From: Gloeobacterales cyanobacterium
Lineage (GTDB): Bacteria > Cyanobacteriota > Cyanobacteriia > Gloeobacterales > PMM-0068
Length of the DNA stretch: 64,000 nt
Direction of reading: 5' to 3'
Assembly: GCA_038245785.1 (NCBI GenBank)
Contig: JBBRSB010000004.1
Location: 96,001-160,000, forward strand
Shown: positions 1 to 9,650 of the stretch, in pieces
Numbering within the stretch: the first letter of the stretch is position 1
How the letters are laid out: each line of letters starts with the position of its first letter
Notes under the pieces: model-generated
Database searches by the model: none
What the model was told of the DNA's origin: nothing
Seen by the model: only the letters and a program-made list of their open reading frames with translations
Program-made: the position numbers and the translations under genes

Positions 1-473
1 GCGGGGAAAAATAAAGGAATGCCTGCAAATTTACTGGGGTCCTGCTTACTTCTCTTAAGAATTTCACCAGCCTGTTTCAAGGAGTTTGTATCAGGCAGAA
101 CGGTGATTTCGACTTTTTTGTCCTTTTGTTGTTCCTGAAAAGCAGCATAAGCTAATGCGAGAGAGCTGACTCTAACTTCGGATTTAGCCGCGACATCTTT
201 ATTGTCAGTTTGCAGCTTTTCCATAAATTTTTTCGCTTCTTCTGGATTTAAGAAGAAATTGATAATATTCGCAGATTTTTGCGTGCTTTTATCAGTAGCT
301 GTGACCACTAAAGGCTGTTGTGTATCCTTACTGACAATCGAGAAAACAGGTACGGAGCTGAGCTTTTGCAGTACTTGCTGTTTGGTCATAGCCATTGCCA
401 TTGGATGGGGGGCTATCACTAAAGCTCCAAAAATAGTGAGGGCAAAAAGTCGCAGAGAGTGAGTGTATTTCAT
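1..473 (-). CDS. Tic22 family periplasmic chaperone (partial, runs off window start)
   Basis: Hand translation from ATG 473: signal peptide, then KLSSVPVFSI...FFLNPEEAKKF...VRVSSLALAY...GIPLFF, which are Tic22-like motifs. Not in ORF track. Confidence 0.75.
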   Translation of the reverse strand, partial: MKYTHSLRLFALTIFGALVIAPHPMAMAMTKQQVLQKLSSVPVFSIVSKDTQQPLVVTATDKSTQKSANIINFFLNPEEAKKFMEKLQTDNKDVAAKSEVRVSSLALAYAAFQEQQKDKKVEITVLPDTNSLKQAGEILKRSKQDPSKFAGIPLFFP

Positions 474-524
474 GGCAAAAAGAGAGGTAACTCGAGTAGT
501 ATAACTGAATTGATTGTTCAAAAT

Positions 525-1613
525 CTATTTGAGCTTATCTGAGCGGTCATTGGAACGAAAAGCATTAGCCTCCTGTCTACCAGGTAAATCAAGAACAAGA
601 TTGGCAAATTCAATATCATCATAATCTAAAGAGCCTGTTCCTCCCTGACTGATGGTGAAAATTCCGCCAATACTAAATACAGACTGTCCACCTCCTCCAT
701 AGGCTTGAGCGGTGATCAGCTCAATCGTATTGGTTCCTGGCTGCAGCATCCATCGCGGAAGAGGGACTTCTAAACCATCACCGTTCAAAAGCACCCGTTG
801 CGCTAAGTTTCCATTGAGGTAAACCCTAAAAGCAGCTTCTGGGCTACCTTGGAATGTTGCCTGCAGGGGGAGGTGAGATTGTCCTGCCCTGGCTGATTCC
901 GGTGTATCCACCCCAATCAAGGAGCCAATACGCAAAATCGGGTCTCGGTCAGGAATACTCTGCAAGTCGAAGGTCTTCTTAAAGGATGAACCCTGCGCCG
1001 GAATCCGAAACTGGGTCGCATTAGCGGAATAATCCTTGCTGAATCGGTCGTCTCCCAAGTGATGGACCTGGTCTGTCAAAACGATCAGGCGTTCAGAGAG
1101 CTGATTGAGGCGCACATCAAATTTCTGTTCCTGTTTAGAAACCGTGACGGAGAAGGGTGCATAGTTCTGAGCACGGGCCGTGAGAATGCGCTGGGAGCCC
1201 ACCGATTTGGGTAGTGAAAATCGGCCAAAATCATCTGTTTTCACTTTGATGCCATCTTCAGGGACTTCTATCTCCACATTAGGAATCGGTTCACCTGTTT
1301 TTTGGTCAAGCACTTGCCCCGCATAGGCAGAATCTAAGCGAACTTGACTTCCTGGCTGGTTTTTTACACCACCAAGGCTGGCTCTGAGGACTTGCAAATC
1401 ACGGTCATTAATTTTCTTGTCACCGTTCACATCGGCGGCGTAGATTTGCTCGTCGGTAAGAATTTTAGTTCCCTTGAAGTAGGCTTCCAGTAGCAATACG
1501 TCATCCTGCGTCAGTTTTCCATCTTGGTTTACATCTCCTGAGACAGCCCAGGCCGTTGTGGGATAGACCAGAACAGCCAGAGAAAAAACTAAAAGCCAGC
1601 GCAGAGGAGTCAT
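525..1613 (-). CDS. Secreted protein: dockerin type I-like pair + carboxypeptidase-regulatory-like domain + unknown C-terminal domain
   Basis: Signal peptide (AWA); GDVNQDGKLTQDD and ADVNGDKKINDRD Ca-binding loops; GQVLDQKTGEPIPNVEI...TDDFGRFSL. Confidence 0.75.
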   Translation of the reverse strand: MTPLRWLLVFSLAVLVYPTTAWAVSGDVNQDGKLTQDDVLLLEAYFKGTKILTDEQIYAADVNGDKKINDRDLQVLRASLGGVKNQPGSQVRLDSAYAGQVLDQKTGEPIPNVEIEVPEDGIKVKTDDFGRFSLPKSVGSQRILTARAQNYAPFSVTVSKQEQKFDVRLNQLSERLIVLTDQVHHLGDDRFSKDYSANATQFRIPAQGSSFKKTFDLQSIPDRDPILRIGSLIGVDTPESARAGQSHLPLQATFQGSPEAAFRVYLNGNLAQRVLLNGDGLEVPLPRWMLQPGTNTIELITAQAYGGGGQSVFSIGGIFTISQGGTGSLDYDDIEFANLVLDLPGRQEANAFRSNDRSDKLK

Positions 1614-1692
1614 AAACCTAGTGTATCTAGTCGCTTAAGCAATATGCGGAGTTCCCCAAGAATTGCGAAGTACTCTCACACTGAACTTAGCC

Positions 1693-2166
1693 TTAGTCTT
1701 TTGGCTTTGAGGTCCAGGCCAAAAGCTGAGACTTAACGACAAAACCCAATTTCTCATAGAGCTTTAGAGCCGATTGATTATCGGGATAGACCTGGAGAAC
1801 AAGTTCGGACAATCCCCATTGCTGCGTCTGTTCTTGGGCCTTAGACAGAAGATAGGTGCCTATTCCTTGTCTCTGATGTTCAGGATCTACGGCGACGAGA
1901 AAAATGTAGGCTTGGGCTGTTCCGCTTCTCTGGTCTGTAGCTCGTCCCATCCATAGACAGCCTACGGGTTGGTCTTGATCGGTTACAAAAAACAGAGGAG
2001 TCCGGTGGGCATCAAAAAAATTCTCTACCATATCCGCTAGATGCTTAGGTGGGGGAGATGTCTGCTCAAAACCGTAAGCTAAGGCAAGGGAGCGCTCCAG
2101 CTGGACACGGTCTTGCTTTGCGCCAGTTCCCTGCTTTAGCGCATATCTGGGAGGCAATGGGCTCAT
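1693..2166 (-). CDS. GNAT family N-acetyltransferase
   Basis: AVDPEHQRQGIGTYLL and NQSALKLYEKLGF motifs. Confidence 0.9.
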   Translation of the reverse strand: MSPLPPRYALKQGTGAKQDRVQLERSLALAYGFEQTSPPPKHLADMVENFFDAHRTPLFFVTDQDQPVGCLWMGRATDQRSGTAQAYIFLVAVDPEHQRQGIGTYLLSKAQEQTQQWGLSELVLQVYPDNQSALKLYEKLGFVVKSQLLAWTSKPKD

Positions 2167-2176
2167 GGACCTCAGT

Positions 2177-2317
2177 TTACTTAGCAGGCTGTTTTTCAGT
2201 ATCAGTAATAGGAGCTGGAGCCTTCATATCATCGGGTAAAAAAGCCCGTGAACTAACCACTACCAACGCAAAAAGGAAGGCGATGATGATCGTCACGAAA
2301 ATAATGTTGCCTTTCAT
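2177..2317 (-). CDS. 46-aa single-transmembrane small protein, unknown function
   Basis: MKGNIIFVTIIIAFLFALVVVSSRAFLPDDMKAPAPITDTEKQPAK*; ATGA overlap with ftrV stop; fills the gap to the GNAT start. Confidence 0.65.
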   Translation of the reverse strand: MKGNIIFVTIIIAFLFALVVVSSRAFLPDDMKAPAPITDTEKQPAK

Positions 2318-2580
2318 TTTTCTACAGCTGCTTCTGCTACAGGAGCTTCGATCAATTCAAGCTCTTCCTCTCCAAGATGAGCTTTGAAGCGTGGCAAGAA
2401 CTTAACCCGGTAGGGATAGTTGGCACTTATCGGGCGCCCCTGCATTTCGAAGAATACAGCTTCCACCACGCCCTCTAGCCCCTGGATGTCAAAGGGCTTG
2501 CTTCTGTGTTCAGGGTGGGTGTAGACAATTACAGGTTTTTTGACCCGTACATGGGAGCCAATTCCAATATTCATGCTCAT
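2314..2580 (-). CDS. ftrV: Ferredoxin-thioredoxin reductase variable subunit
   Basis: IGSHVRVKKPVIVYTHPEHRSKPFDIQGLEG...GRPISANYPYRVKF...FKAHL. Confidence 0.9.
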   Translation of the reverse strand: MSMNIGIGSHVRVKKPVIVYTHPEHRSKPFDIQGLEGVVEAVFFEMQGRPISANYPYRVKFLPRFKAHLGEEELELIEAPVAEAAVEK

Positions 2581-2693
2581 TCCTGTACAACTGAAAGCCT
2601 TGCGGCTCTCAGAAAAATTTACGGTTCCTCAGTGTAATTCTGTTTTGGCTGTCAGAGGTGCAGGCCATAAGAATAGGAGGGACCGCTTGTTCT

Positions 2694-2804
2694 CTAACGG
2701 ATACGGTCGATCCGAGCTACTAGCGTGAGGGCAGCAGCACCGGCAGCGACCAATGTACCGCCCCAGAAGATACTCCACAAAAAATTGCTTAAAGTCGGGG
2801 TCAT
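2694..2804 (-). CDS. psbX: Photosystem II protein PsbX (36 aa)
   Basis: Hand translation MTPTLSNFLWSIFWGGTLVAAGAAALTLVARIDRIR*; matches the PsbX pattern MTP(S/T)LxNFLWS...D(K/R)I; GGAG 8 nt upstream. Confidence 0.85.
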   Translation of the reverse strand: MTPTLSNFLWSIFWGGTLVAAGAAALTLVARIDRIR

Positions 2805-2846
2805 CGTACAACTCCATCTGCGTCTAATTCGTTACTTTAATATGCC

Positions 2847-4019
2847 TCATCTTGGTTCCAGCGAAAAGACCTGGAGCAGATAGGCTACAAAGTTTTCCAA
2901 GGCTGCCTGAGGATGGTTGCTCATGAGCGAAACCCTTAAACGACTGGTAGGCACGGTTGGGGGACGAATAGCAGGGACCCAAAATCCTTGCTCCCAGAGC
3001 TTTTTACTTAAATCGAGCGTCTGCGCAATAGTGCCCGTCTTCAGACAAAGAATGCAGGAATCACTGGGGAAAAATTCCAAAAGAGCTAGTTCTTTTTTGA
3101 CTTGGTGAACCCTCTGCCAAAGCTTTTCTCTAAGAGCTGGCTCGGTTTGTACGATATGGAGCGCAGCCAAGGCCGCAGCCGCATCACCAGGGGCCAGGGC
3201 CGTGGTGTAAATCCAGGTAGGGGCACGATTACGTAAAAAATCAACCAGGGCCTTAGAACCGCAGACATAGCCGCCCTGACTGGCTAAGGCTTTGCTCAAA
3301 GTTCCCATTTGAATGCAGGGATACTGCTGTAACTTCAGGGCTTCCATGGCCCCAGCACCATGGGCACCCAGCACGCCCGTAGCATGGGCTTCATCCACTA
3401 GGACCATCGATTCATATCGTTTAGCTAAATCCAGAATTGCCGCCAGGGGCGCCACATCCCCATCCATGCTGAACACTGAATCAGTACAGATTAAGCAGCG
3501 TCTAGCTTGGGCTCGATATTGGTTTAAGAGCGCTTCTAACTCTTTGGCAGAGCCGTGAGCGTATTCGTAATACTGGGCGCCACTGAGTTTAGCTCCACTC
3601 TTCAGACTGGAATGGTTATAGACATCGCCCAAAAGCAAATCACGGGACCCCACCAGCGCACTAATCGTCCCGAGGTTCGCCATATAGCCAGAGGGAAATA
3701 TCAACGCCTCTTCAGTCCCTTTGAATTGAGCCAGGGCCTGTTCTAGTTCTTGATGAATCTCCAGATGACCACTGAGCAAACGGGACCCTGTGGCGCCCGT
3801 TCCATAGCGTTGGACAGCTCGGATAGCCGCCTCCTTCACTCGCGCATCGCCCGCCAAGCCCAGGTAGTTGTTGCTCCCTAGATTTAATTTTCTAGGAGCA
3901 TCAGGGGATTCCAACCAGGGGCCTGCTTGGGCATGGGAAGTGCACACAGTCCGGTACCAACCGGCTCGATGCAAAGTGTGCAGGTCTTGTTCAATCCATG
4001 CGTAGGGGTCATCGGGCAT
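2847..4019 (-). CDS. bioF: 8-amino-7-oxononanoate synthase
   Basis: SNNYLGL, GSRLLSG, DEAHATG, GTLSKALASQGG, IRPPTVP; start moved to ATG 4019 (overlaps recJ stop). Confidence 0.93.
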   Translation of the reverse strand: MPDDPYAWIEQDLHTLHRAGWYRTVCTSHAQAGPWLESPDAPRKLNLGSNNYLGLAGDARVKEAAIRAVQRYGTGATGSRLLSGHLEIHQELEQALAQFKGTEEALIFPSGYMANLGTISALVGSRDLLLGDVYNHSSLKSGAKLSGAQYYEYAHGSAKELEALLNQYRAQARRCLICTDSVFSMDGDVAPLAAILDLAKRYESMVLVDEAHATGVLGAHGAGAMEALKLQQYPCIQMGTLSKALASQGGYVCGSKALVDFLRNRAPTWIYTTALAPGDAAAALAALHIVQTEPALREKLWQRVHQVKKELALLEFFPSDSCILCLKTGTIAQTLDLSKKLWEQGFWVPAIRPPTVPTSRLRVSLMSNHPQAALENFVAYLLQVFSLEPR

Positions 4020-6315
4020 GGGCCATCTTATCCAAGAGACTGCTTCCGCTGTACCAGTCCGCCAATTCTTCCTGGGCATGACCTAAGTCTTGTGGAAGAG
4101 GACCTTCCAGGGAAGCGCCAAGCGTGACTAAGGTTTTCACCACTATTCGGGGAGAGGTCCAGTGCTGTTGGGCTAGGGCCAAAAGATTCAAAGGCTCGGA
4201 CTGATGAATGACAGAGCGCAGCTTGATCTGGAGTTCTTCAGAACTAGACATGGAGACAGGACGAGCAAAAATATGCACTTCACGGGGACGGACTAAGTGT
4301 AATAGCCAAGCCAAATGCAGAAGCGAAGGAGGTAAGGTCCACAGCAAGAGCCCATGATAGGCACATCCTTTTTGAGGACGGTCATAATCCAAAGCCATCT
4401 CTGGGCCAAACTCGGGCCTTTGATAGCCATAGAGCAGGCAACGAGCTTCGCTATCGGCAGTGGCTAATAAGGATTTGAGGACCGCTTTAGAACTAGAAGA
4501 GGAACCACGTTGGTCAATCCACTGCACCCGTCCTTGCTCAGATTGATCATCTACGCGTGGTGCCTTACATTCAACGCGGCAAATAGGACCTGTTGGGGGA
4601 ACCGTAGCCTCCCGAATACCACTCAGTTCTAGTTGGATAGAGCGCACATCCCGAAAGGTATTTTCTCGAACCTTAAAGGCTAAATCGATATTCTTAGGGA
4701 CAGGATAGAGATGGCCCATCCGCCAAGCTACGACTTGTCGTTCTACTTTCCCATCGTCCACAACCAGACGCACATGGGCATCTTCTTTACCCATCGTTCG
4801 TTGCTGAACGACTAAAAGGTTGGCACACCAAAAAGTGGGGTCTGGGTTGCCAATCCCGCAAGGATGCATCTTATTTACTTGTTCAAAAAGCGCTTCGTTT
4901 ACCTCTTCTAAAGCAACATAGCTATCAATCTTTACAAGCGGGCGAATAAGCTCAGGCTGTAAACAGGAGCGGGCAAACTCAGCCATCTTTTTAGTAAACG
5001 CTTCTAGATATTCCAAGGGCATGGAGAACCCTCCAGCCATCGGATGTCCGCCAAAGCTGGTGAAGAATTCTTTGCAATGTTCCAAGCCTTCAAAGATATT
5101 AAATTCGGGGATGCCTCGGGCGGACCCTCGCACCTTATTTGCCTCTATAGAACCAATAAATACGGGAGCCCCATATCGTTCCACTAAGCGAGATGCAACA
5201 ATCCCAATTACCCCGTGATGCCACTCCGGTTGCACAATAACCAGCACTCGTTCTTCCCGGAGGTCTAAGGTCGGATGATTTTCTACCCAGCTAATCGCTT
5301 CTTTTTCAATGCGATTGCATAATTCTTTCCGTTCTTGGTTATAGGCTTCACACTGATTGGCTCGCTCTAGGGCAATCGCTGGATCATCCGTAGTTAAGAG
5401 TTCAATCACCACTTGTGGATCGCCAATTCTACCCACGGCATTGATCCGAGGACCTAACCCGAACCCAATCACTTCTGGCTTAATCTGTGTATGGTCGGAA
5501 TACCCGGCTACGGCCATCAGCGCTTGAATGCCAGGATTGGTAGAGAAGGGCAAAATCACCAATCCTCTCTGGACCCATTGACGGTTTACGCCCGTTAGCA
5601 AAGCAAGGTCAGCAATCGTCCCTAAGGTGAATAGTTCCAGCAAAGGGTCTTGCAGTTCTACCAATTTGTCGAAGCGTCGAGCTACTTCTAAGGCCAGGAT
5701 ATAGGCTACTCCAACCCCAGCGACGGAGAGATAGGGGGAATCTGGCAAAGAAATTAACTTCGGATTGAGGATGCCAGCGGCAGGAGGCAAAACCTCCGGC
5801 AGTTCATGGTGGTCTGTGATGATAACTGATAGTCCCAGCGCTTCTGCCCGCTGTAAGGGAGCCAGGGCAGAAATTCCGTTATCTACGGTGATTACAAGAT
5901 CCACCCCTTCTTGATGAAACTCTTCCACGATCCGCACATTGATGCCATAGCCTTCCTGCATTCGGCTCGGAATAGCGTAATCTACAACCCCGCCCAGATA
6001 ACGAATGGCTCGAATCAGGAGTGCCGTACTGGTCATCCCGTCGCAGTCATAGTCTCCACAAATCGCAATTTTCTCCCGCTGCTCAATCGCTCTAACCAAA
6101 CGGTCTGTCACCTGAGCCAAATCGGGAAAATGGTCTTTGGGGTCTGGCGGAGCACCACAGCTAGGATCAAAAAAAATCTTTGCTTCTTCCTGGCTCGTGA
6201 TGCCACGATTGAGCAGAATCTGACCAATGACAGGAGATAAGCCTAAACTTTTAGCTAGTTCTCGCGCCTGTTCAGGATGAGATTCAGCAATAGACCAACG
6301 TTGGAGTGGCAGCAT
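4009..6315 (-). CDS. recJ: ssDNA exonuclease RecJ with cyanobacterial C-terminal extension
   Basis: GDYDCDG, ITVDNG, TDHH, GTIAD, PRINAVGR, GSAR, GGHPMAGG. Confidence 0.95.
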   Translation of the reverse strand: MLPLQRWSIAESHPEQARELAKSLGLSPVIGQILLNRGITSQEEAKIFFDPSCGAPPDPKDHFPDLAQVTDRLVRAIEQREKIAICGDYDCDGMTSTALLIRAIRYLGGVVDYAIPSRMQEGYGINVRIVEEFHQEGVDLVITVDNGISALAPLQRAEALGLSVIITDHHELPEVLPPAAGILNPKLISLPDSPYLSVAGVGVAYILALEVARRFDKLVELQDPLLELFTLGTIADLALLTGVNRQWVQRGLVILPFSTNPGIQALMAVAGYSDHTQIKPEVIGFGLGPRINAVGRIGDPQVVIELLTTDDPAIALERANQCEAYNQERKELCNRIEKEAISWVENHPTLDLREERVLVIVQPEWHHGVIGIVASRLVERYGAPVFIGSIEANKVRGSARGIPEFNIFEGLEHCKEFFTSFGGHPMAGGFSMPLEYLEAFTKKMAEFARSCLQPELIRPLVKIDSYVALEEVNEALFEQVNKMHPCGIGNPDPTFWCANLLVVQQRTMGKEDAHVRLVVDDGKVERQVVAWRMGHLYPVPKNIDLAFKVRENTFRDVRSIQLELSGIREATVPPTGPICRVECKAPRVDDQSEQGRVQWIDQRGSSSSSKAVLKSLLATADSEARCLLYGYQRPEFGPEMALDYDRPQKGCAYHGLLLWTLPPSLLHLAWLLHLVRPREVHIFARPVSMSSSEELQIKLRSVIHQSEPLNLLALAQQHWTSPRIVVKTLVTLGASLEGPLPQDLGHAQEELADWYSGSSLLDKMAHAR

Positions 6316-6352
6316 ATTTTCGCAGGAAGTTCAGCAGACTCAGTAATTGTAG

Positions 6353-6435
6353 GCCCAACTCACCGGGCGCAGATAAACTTTGCATCCTAACGGTAAGGTA
6401 GATTCGTTCCTGTGTAGCGGACTTGTTGGGATGCA
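6353..6435 (+). repeat. attC-like / inverted-repeat element at left border of R-M cassette
   Basis: GCCCAAC (6353) ... GTTGGGA (6425); internal 11-bp IR TGCATCCTAAC / GTTGGGATGCA with one mismatch. Confidence 0.4.
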
Positions 6436-6528
6436 GTTGACGTACGAAGATAAACGACGTAAAACTATAGGAGCCTATAGGAATCCATAGAATTTTATAG
6501 CTTTTGATCAGCCCCTGTAAGAGGATCT

Positions 6529-6807
6529 ATGTCTAAAACCTTCTTCCCTGAATTGTATGAATTGATTCCCGCAAGCGAACCATATTCACCTGGCACAGAG
6601 TATAAGGTTTCAGTAGGGCTTGAAAAGTGGGATGACAAATATGTACCTGTGACTAAAGTGCAAATGGTGTTTGATGGAACCATTTCTGGTGCTAAAAGCC
6701 CTTCCTATCCATTAGGTACGGAGGATCATCTGAAAGTAGCTCGTGCCGTAGATAGGCTTGTTGCGAAGAAAATGGGCGTTTTTAGTGAAGGAAACCAGGA
6801 ATCATGA
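6529..6807 (+). CDS. Hypothetical 92-aa protein coupled to the methyltransferase
   Basis: AGAGG SD-like sequence upstream; ATGA overlap with MTase start; no recognised motif. Confidence 0.7.
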   Translation: MSKTFFPELYELIPASEPYSPGTEYKVSVGLEKWDDKYVPVTKVQMVFDGTISGAKSPSYPLGTEDHLKVARAVDRLVAKKMGVFSEGNQES

Positions 6808-7712
6808 AATTTATATCTCAAGCACAGGAGATTTCTTATGCCGCAACAATTCCTCTAACTGAAGATTGCACTATCATTCATGGTGATTCCCGCGTTGAGC
6901 TGGCCAAAATGCCGGAGAAAGTTTTTCAATGCTGTGTCACAAGCCCTCCCTATTGGGGATTACGAGATTACGACACTGATAATCAGATCGGTGCAGAAAA
7001 ATGCTTGGAAGAATATATCAATGATCTTGTATTGGTTTTTCGCGAGGTTCGACGAACTCTGGCTGATGATGGAACGCTCTGGCTGAATATTGGCGACTCG
7101 TACACTAGTGGAAACAGAACTTGGCGAGATACTGACAAGAAGAACCCAGCCCGTGGAATGGACTATAGACCACCTACACCTAATGGTCTCAAGCCTAAAG
7201 ATTTAATTGGTGTGCCTTGGCGGATCGCGTTTGCTTTGCAAGCTGATGGTTGGTATCTTCGCTCAGATATTGTTTGGCATAAACCAAATTGTCAGCCTGA
7301 ATCAGTGAAGGATAGACCAACTCGCTCACATGAATATATGTTTCTTCTCTCGAAATCAGAACGTTACTATTACGATGCCGAGGCTATAAAGGAACCTACT
7401 TACACAAATGGTCAGACAAAGAATAAACGAACTGTTTGGTTTATGAATGCTCTAGAAACAGTTTGGAATGTTAATACAGAACCATTTAAGGGTGCTCATT
7501 TTGCTGTGTTTCCACGTTCCCTAATTAGACCTTGTATTTTGGCCGGCAGTAGAGAAGGTTCTCTCGTTCTTGATCCTTTTTTCGGTTCGGGGACAACTGG
7601 TGAAGTTTGCCTAGAACTTGGAAGAAAATGTGTAGGTATTGAGCTGAAATCTGAATATATAGATATTGCAAACAATCGCCTTAAAAATTCTCAGCTACAG
7701 TTGAGCGTATAA
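6804..7712 (+). CDS. m4C DNA methyltransferase (beta class, M.SmaI/M.Cfr9I-like)
   Basis: TSPPYWGLRDY, KPKDLIGVPWRIAFALQADGWYLRSDIVW, DPFFGSGTT. Confidence 0.88.
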   Translation: MKFISQAQEISYAATIPLTEDCTIIHGDSRVELAKMPEKVFQCCVTSPPYWGLRDYDTDNQIGAEKCLEEYINDLVLVFREVRRTLADDGTLWLNIGDSYTSGNRTWRDTDKKNPARGMDYRPPTPNGLKPKDLIGVPWRIAFALQADGWYLRSDIVWHKPNCQPESVKDRPTRSHEYMFLLSKSERYYYDAEAIKEPTYTNGQTKNKRTVWFMNALETVWNVNTEPFKGAHFAVFPRSLIRPCILAGSREGSLVLDPFFGSGTTGEVCLELGRKCVGIELKSEYIDIANNRLKNSQLQLSV

Positions 7713-8477
7713 ATCAATTGGAGGAAATTGCCATCTTGCATGAACACAGCAATATCTCTTGAGTAGACGCTTTACCTGCAATTTGCGTTCACTCCCTCCA
7801 TCAAAATAAAGCTGAAATTTTTCTTTGTCAAGCTCATCTCGAATATAGCAATAGCCAGGTTTTGGAGACTGCTTACTGTTAGTCATCATCCTTAATTCTC
7901 CGCTTCTCGCTTCCAACAATAAAGCTTTTGGAATTTCAACAAGTTCATAGATCCAATTATTAGGAGATTTAGACAGAGTACGCAGCGACAAAATTCGTTC
8001 ATAAGAGTTCATATGGCGAAAAAACTGCTCTCTTAGTCTCATTAAATCTTCAGGATCATCACCCCATTGTCCTTGTCCTAGTTCCATGAACTTAGAGATA
8101 TGGATTTCATTCTCCTTAATATTCCTATCTGCCTGTGTTTTCAAAGAAAACCTTTCTCTATTGATAGTGATGTCATGACCTGGATTTCCTCGGCTGGCTA
8201 TCTGAGCGTCATTTCCACAAAAGGTTGCAACTCTTTCTAGTACGTATTCAAACTTATCTTTTGAAAATGATTCTTTGGACATGCAACGGTGAATTAAAAG
8301 TGCATCACCAAAGCTATCCAACATACAGGCATCGAATAGGTTTGAGTCAATAATCTCGTAGTTGTGCGCAACAGTAAATTGACTAACAATTTCTTCAACC
8401 CAGTTAATCTGAGAATCAGTCAATCTATACAATTTTTCAAGGAGAAGCTGAATTTGTCTTGCTCTGTCATTGCTCAT
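7695..8477 (-). CDS. Type II restriction endonuclease, SmaI-like (predicted CCCGGG)
   Basis: NPGHDITI, IHISKFMELG, ELVEIPKALLLEA, SKQSPKPGY, LYFDGGSERKLQVK resemble the recalled R.SmaI sequence; convergent with the MTase. Confidence 0.8.
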   Translation of the reverse strand: MSNDRARQIQLLLEKLYRLTDSQINWVEEIVSQFTVAHNYEIIDSNLFDACMLDSFGDALLIHRCMSKESFSKDKFEYVLERVATFCGNDAQIASRGNPGHDITINRERFSLKTQADRNIKENEIHISKFMELGQGQWGDDPEDLMRLREQFFRHMNSYERILSLRTLSKSPNNWIYELVEIPKALLLEARSGELRMMTNSKQSPKPGYCYIRDELDKEKFQLYFDGGSERKLQVKRLLKRYCCVHARWQFPPIDLYAQL

Positions 8478-8641
8478 ACTCGGTCATAACGCAAGAAACT
8501 GATGCATTATAACCTGCTTACAAATCTGACAACTCAACTCTGAGTACACAGATAGCTTGGGCAAGACTGCCACCACCGACAACTGAAAGCAGCCCAACAA
8601 GAGATTCGACTGCTTTGTGTATCATAAACGCTCTTGAGAAC

Positions 8642-9559
8642 CTAGACTGTAGCCCAATCGTGAGGCTTTAGATAAACTTCATAGAGTTCTGCTTCCGCAG
8701 TCCCTGGTTCAGGAGTCCAGTCATATTCCCAGCGCACCACAGGCGGCAAACTCATCAGGATAGATTCTGTCCGGCCATTGGTTTGCAGACCGAAAATAGT
8801 GCCTTGGTCATAGACAAGATTGAATTCCACATAGCGACCCCGACGGTAGAGCTGGAAATTCCGCTCTCGTTCGCCGTAGGGAGTATCTTTCCGCCGTTCG
8901 ACAATCGGCAGATAGGCATCTAGAAAAGCTCTGCCACAGGACTGAACAAAGCTGAAGGTATCTTCCCATTCGCCTTTAGTATCATCCCGGTCATCAAAGA
9001 AAATCCCGCCAATCCCTCTCGGTTCGTTACGGTGCTTCAGATAGAAATAACGGTCGCACCATGCTTTAAATTCAGGATAAAAGGCTGGGTTATGCAGGTC
9101 ACAGGCTGCTTTTAAGGTGCGGTGAAAATGCACTACATCTTCTTTCTGCGGATAGTACGGAGTCAGGTCTGCTCCACCGCCAAACCACCAGAGCGAACCA
9201 CTCTCGAAATAGCGGTAGTTCATATGAACGGTGGGAATGTAGGGATTGCGAGGATGGAAAACCAGACTTACCCCCGTGGCATAGAAAGGCTGGTCTGTAA
9301 TTTCTGGACGACGTTTAAGAATCGAAGGCGGTAGGCTCGGTCCATGCACTTCTGAAAAATTGACGCCTGCCCGCTCAAAAATGGCACCTTCGCTCAATAT
9401 ACGGGAGCAACCTCCGCCTCCTTCTTCACGGAGCCAGGAGTCTTCTCGAAACTTGCCTGTCCCATCTACAGCTTCAATCGCGCTGCTAATGGTGTCCTGG
9501 AGAGAGCGGTAGAAATTACTGACACGCTGACGGTGAGATAGTTCAGTGGCGATGGACAT
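8642..9559 (-). CDS. hemF: Oxygen-dependent coproporphyrinogen III oxidase
   Basis: [38 protein letters not shown]. Confidence 0.95.
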   Translation of the reverse strand: MSIATELSHRQRVSNFYRSLQDTISSAIEAVDGTGKFREDSWLREEGGGGCSRILSEGAIFERAGVNFSEVHGPSLPPSILKRRPEITDQPFYATGVSLVFHPRNPYIPTVHMNYRYFESGSLWWFGGGADLTPYYPQKEDVVHFHRTLKAACDLHNPAFYPEFKAWCDRYFYLKHRNEPRGIGGIFFDDRDDTKGEWEDTFSFVQSCGRAFLDAYLPIVERRKDTPYGERERNFQLYRRGRYVEFNLVYDQGTIFGLQTNGRTESILMSLPPVVRWEYDWTPEPGTAEAELYEVYLKPHDWATV

Positions 9560-9650
9560 AGGAAATCATGACAGAGTTACAGCTATCCATCGTCTCACAG
9601 AGCATGAATTTAGCTCAACGTACGCAGATCTAGTGGGCTCACGACCACCC

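Noticed and set aside
2629..2817. 62-aa Cys-rich ORF
   Set aside because: Overlaps psbX in another frame; no motif
4441..4452. 12-nt match (ACGAGCTTCGCT) in recJ to the IS micro-insert
   Set aside because: Short, lacks the second hairpin, plausibly chance
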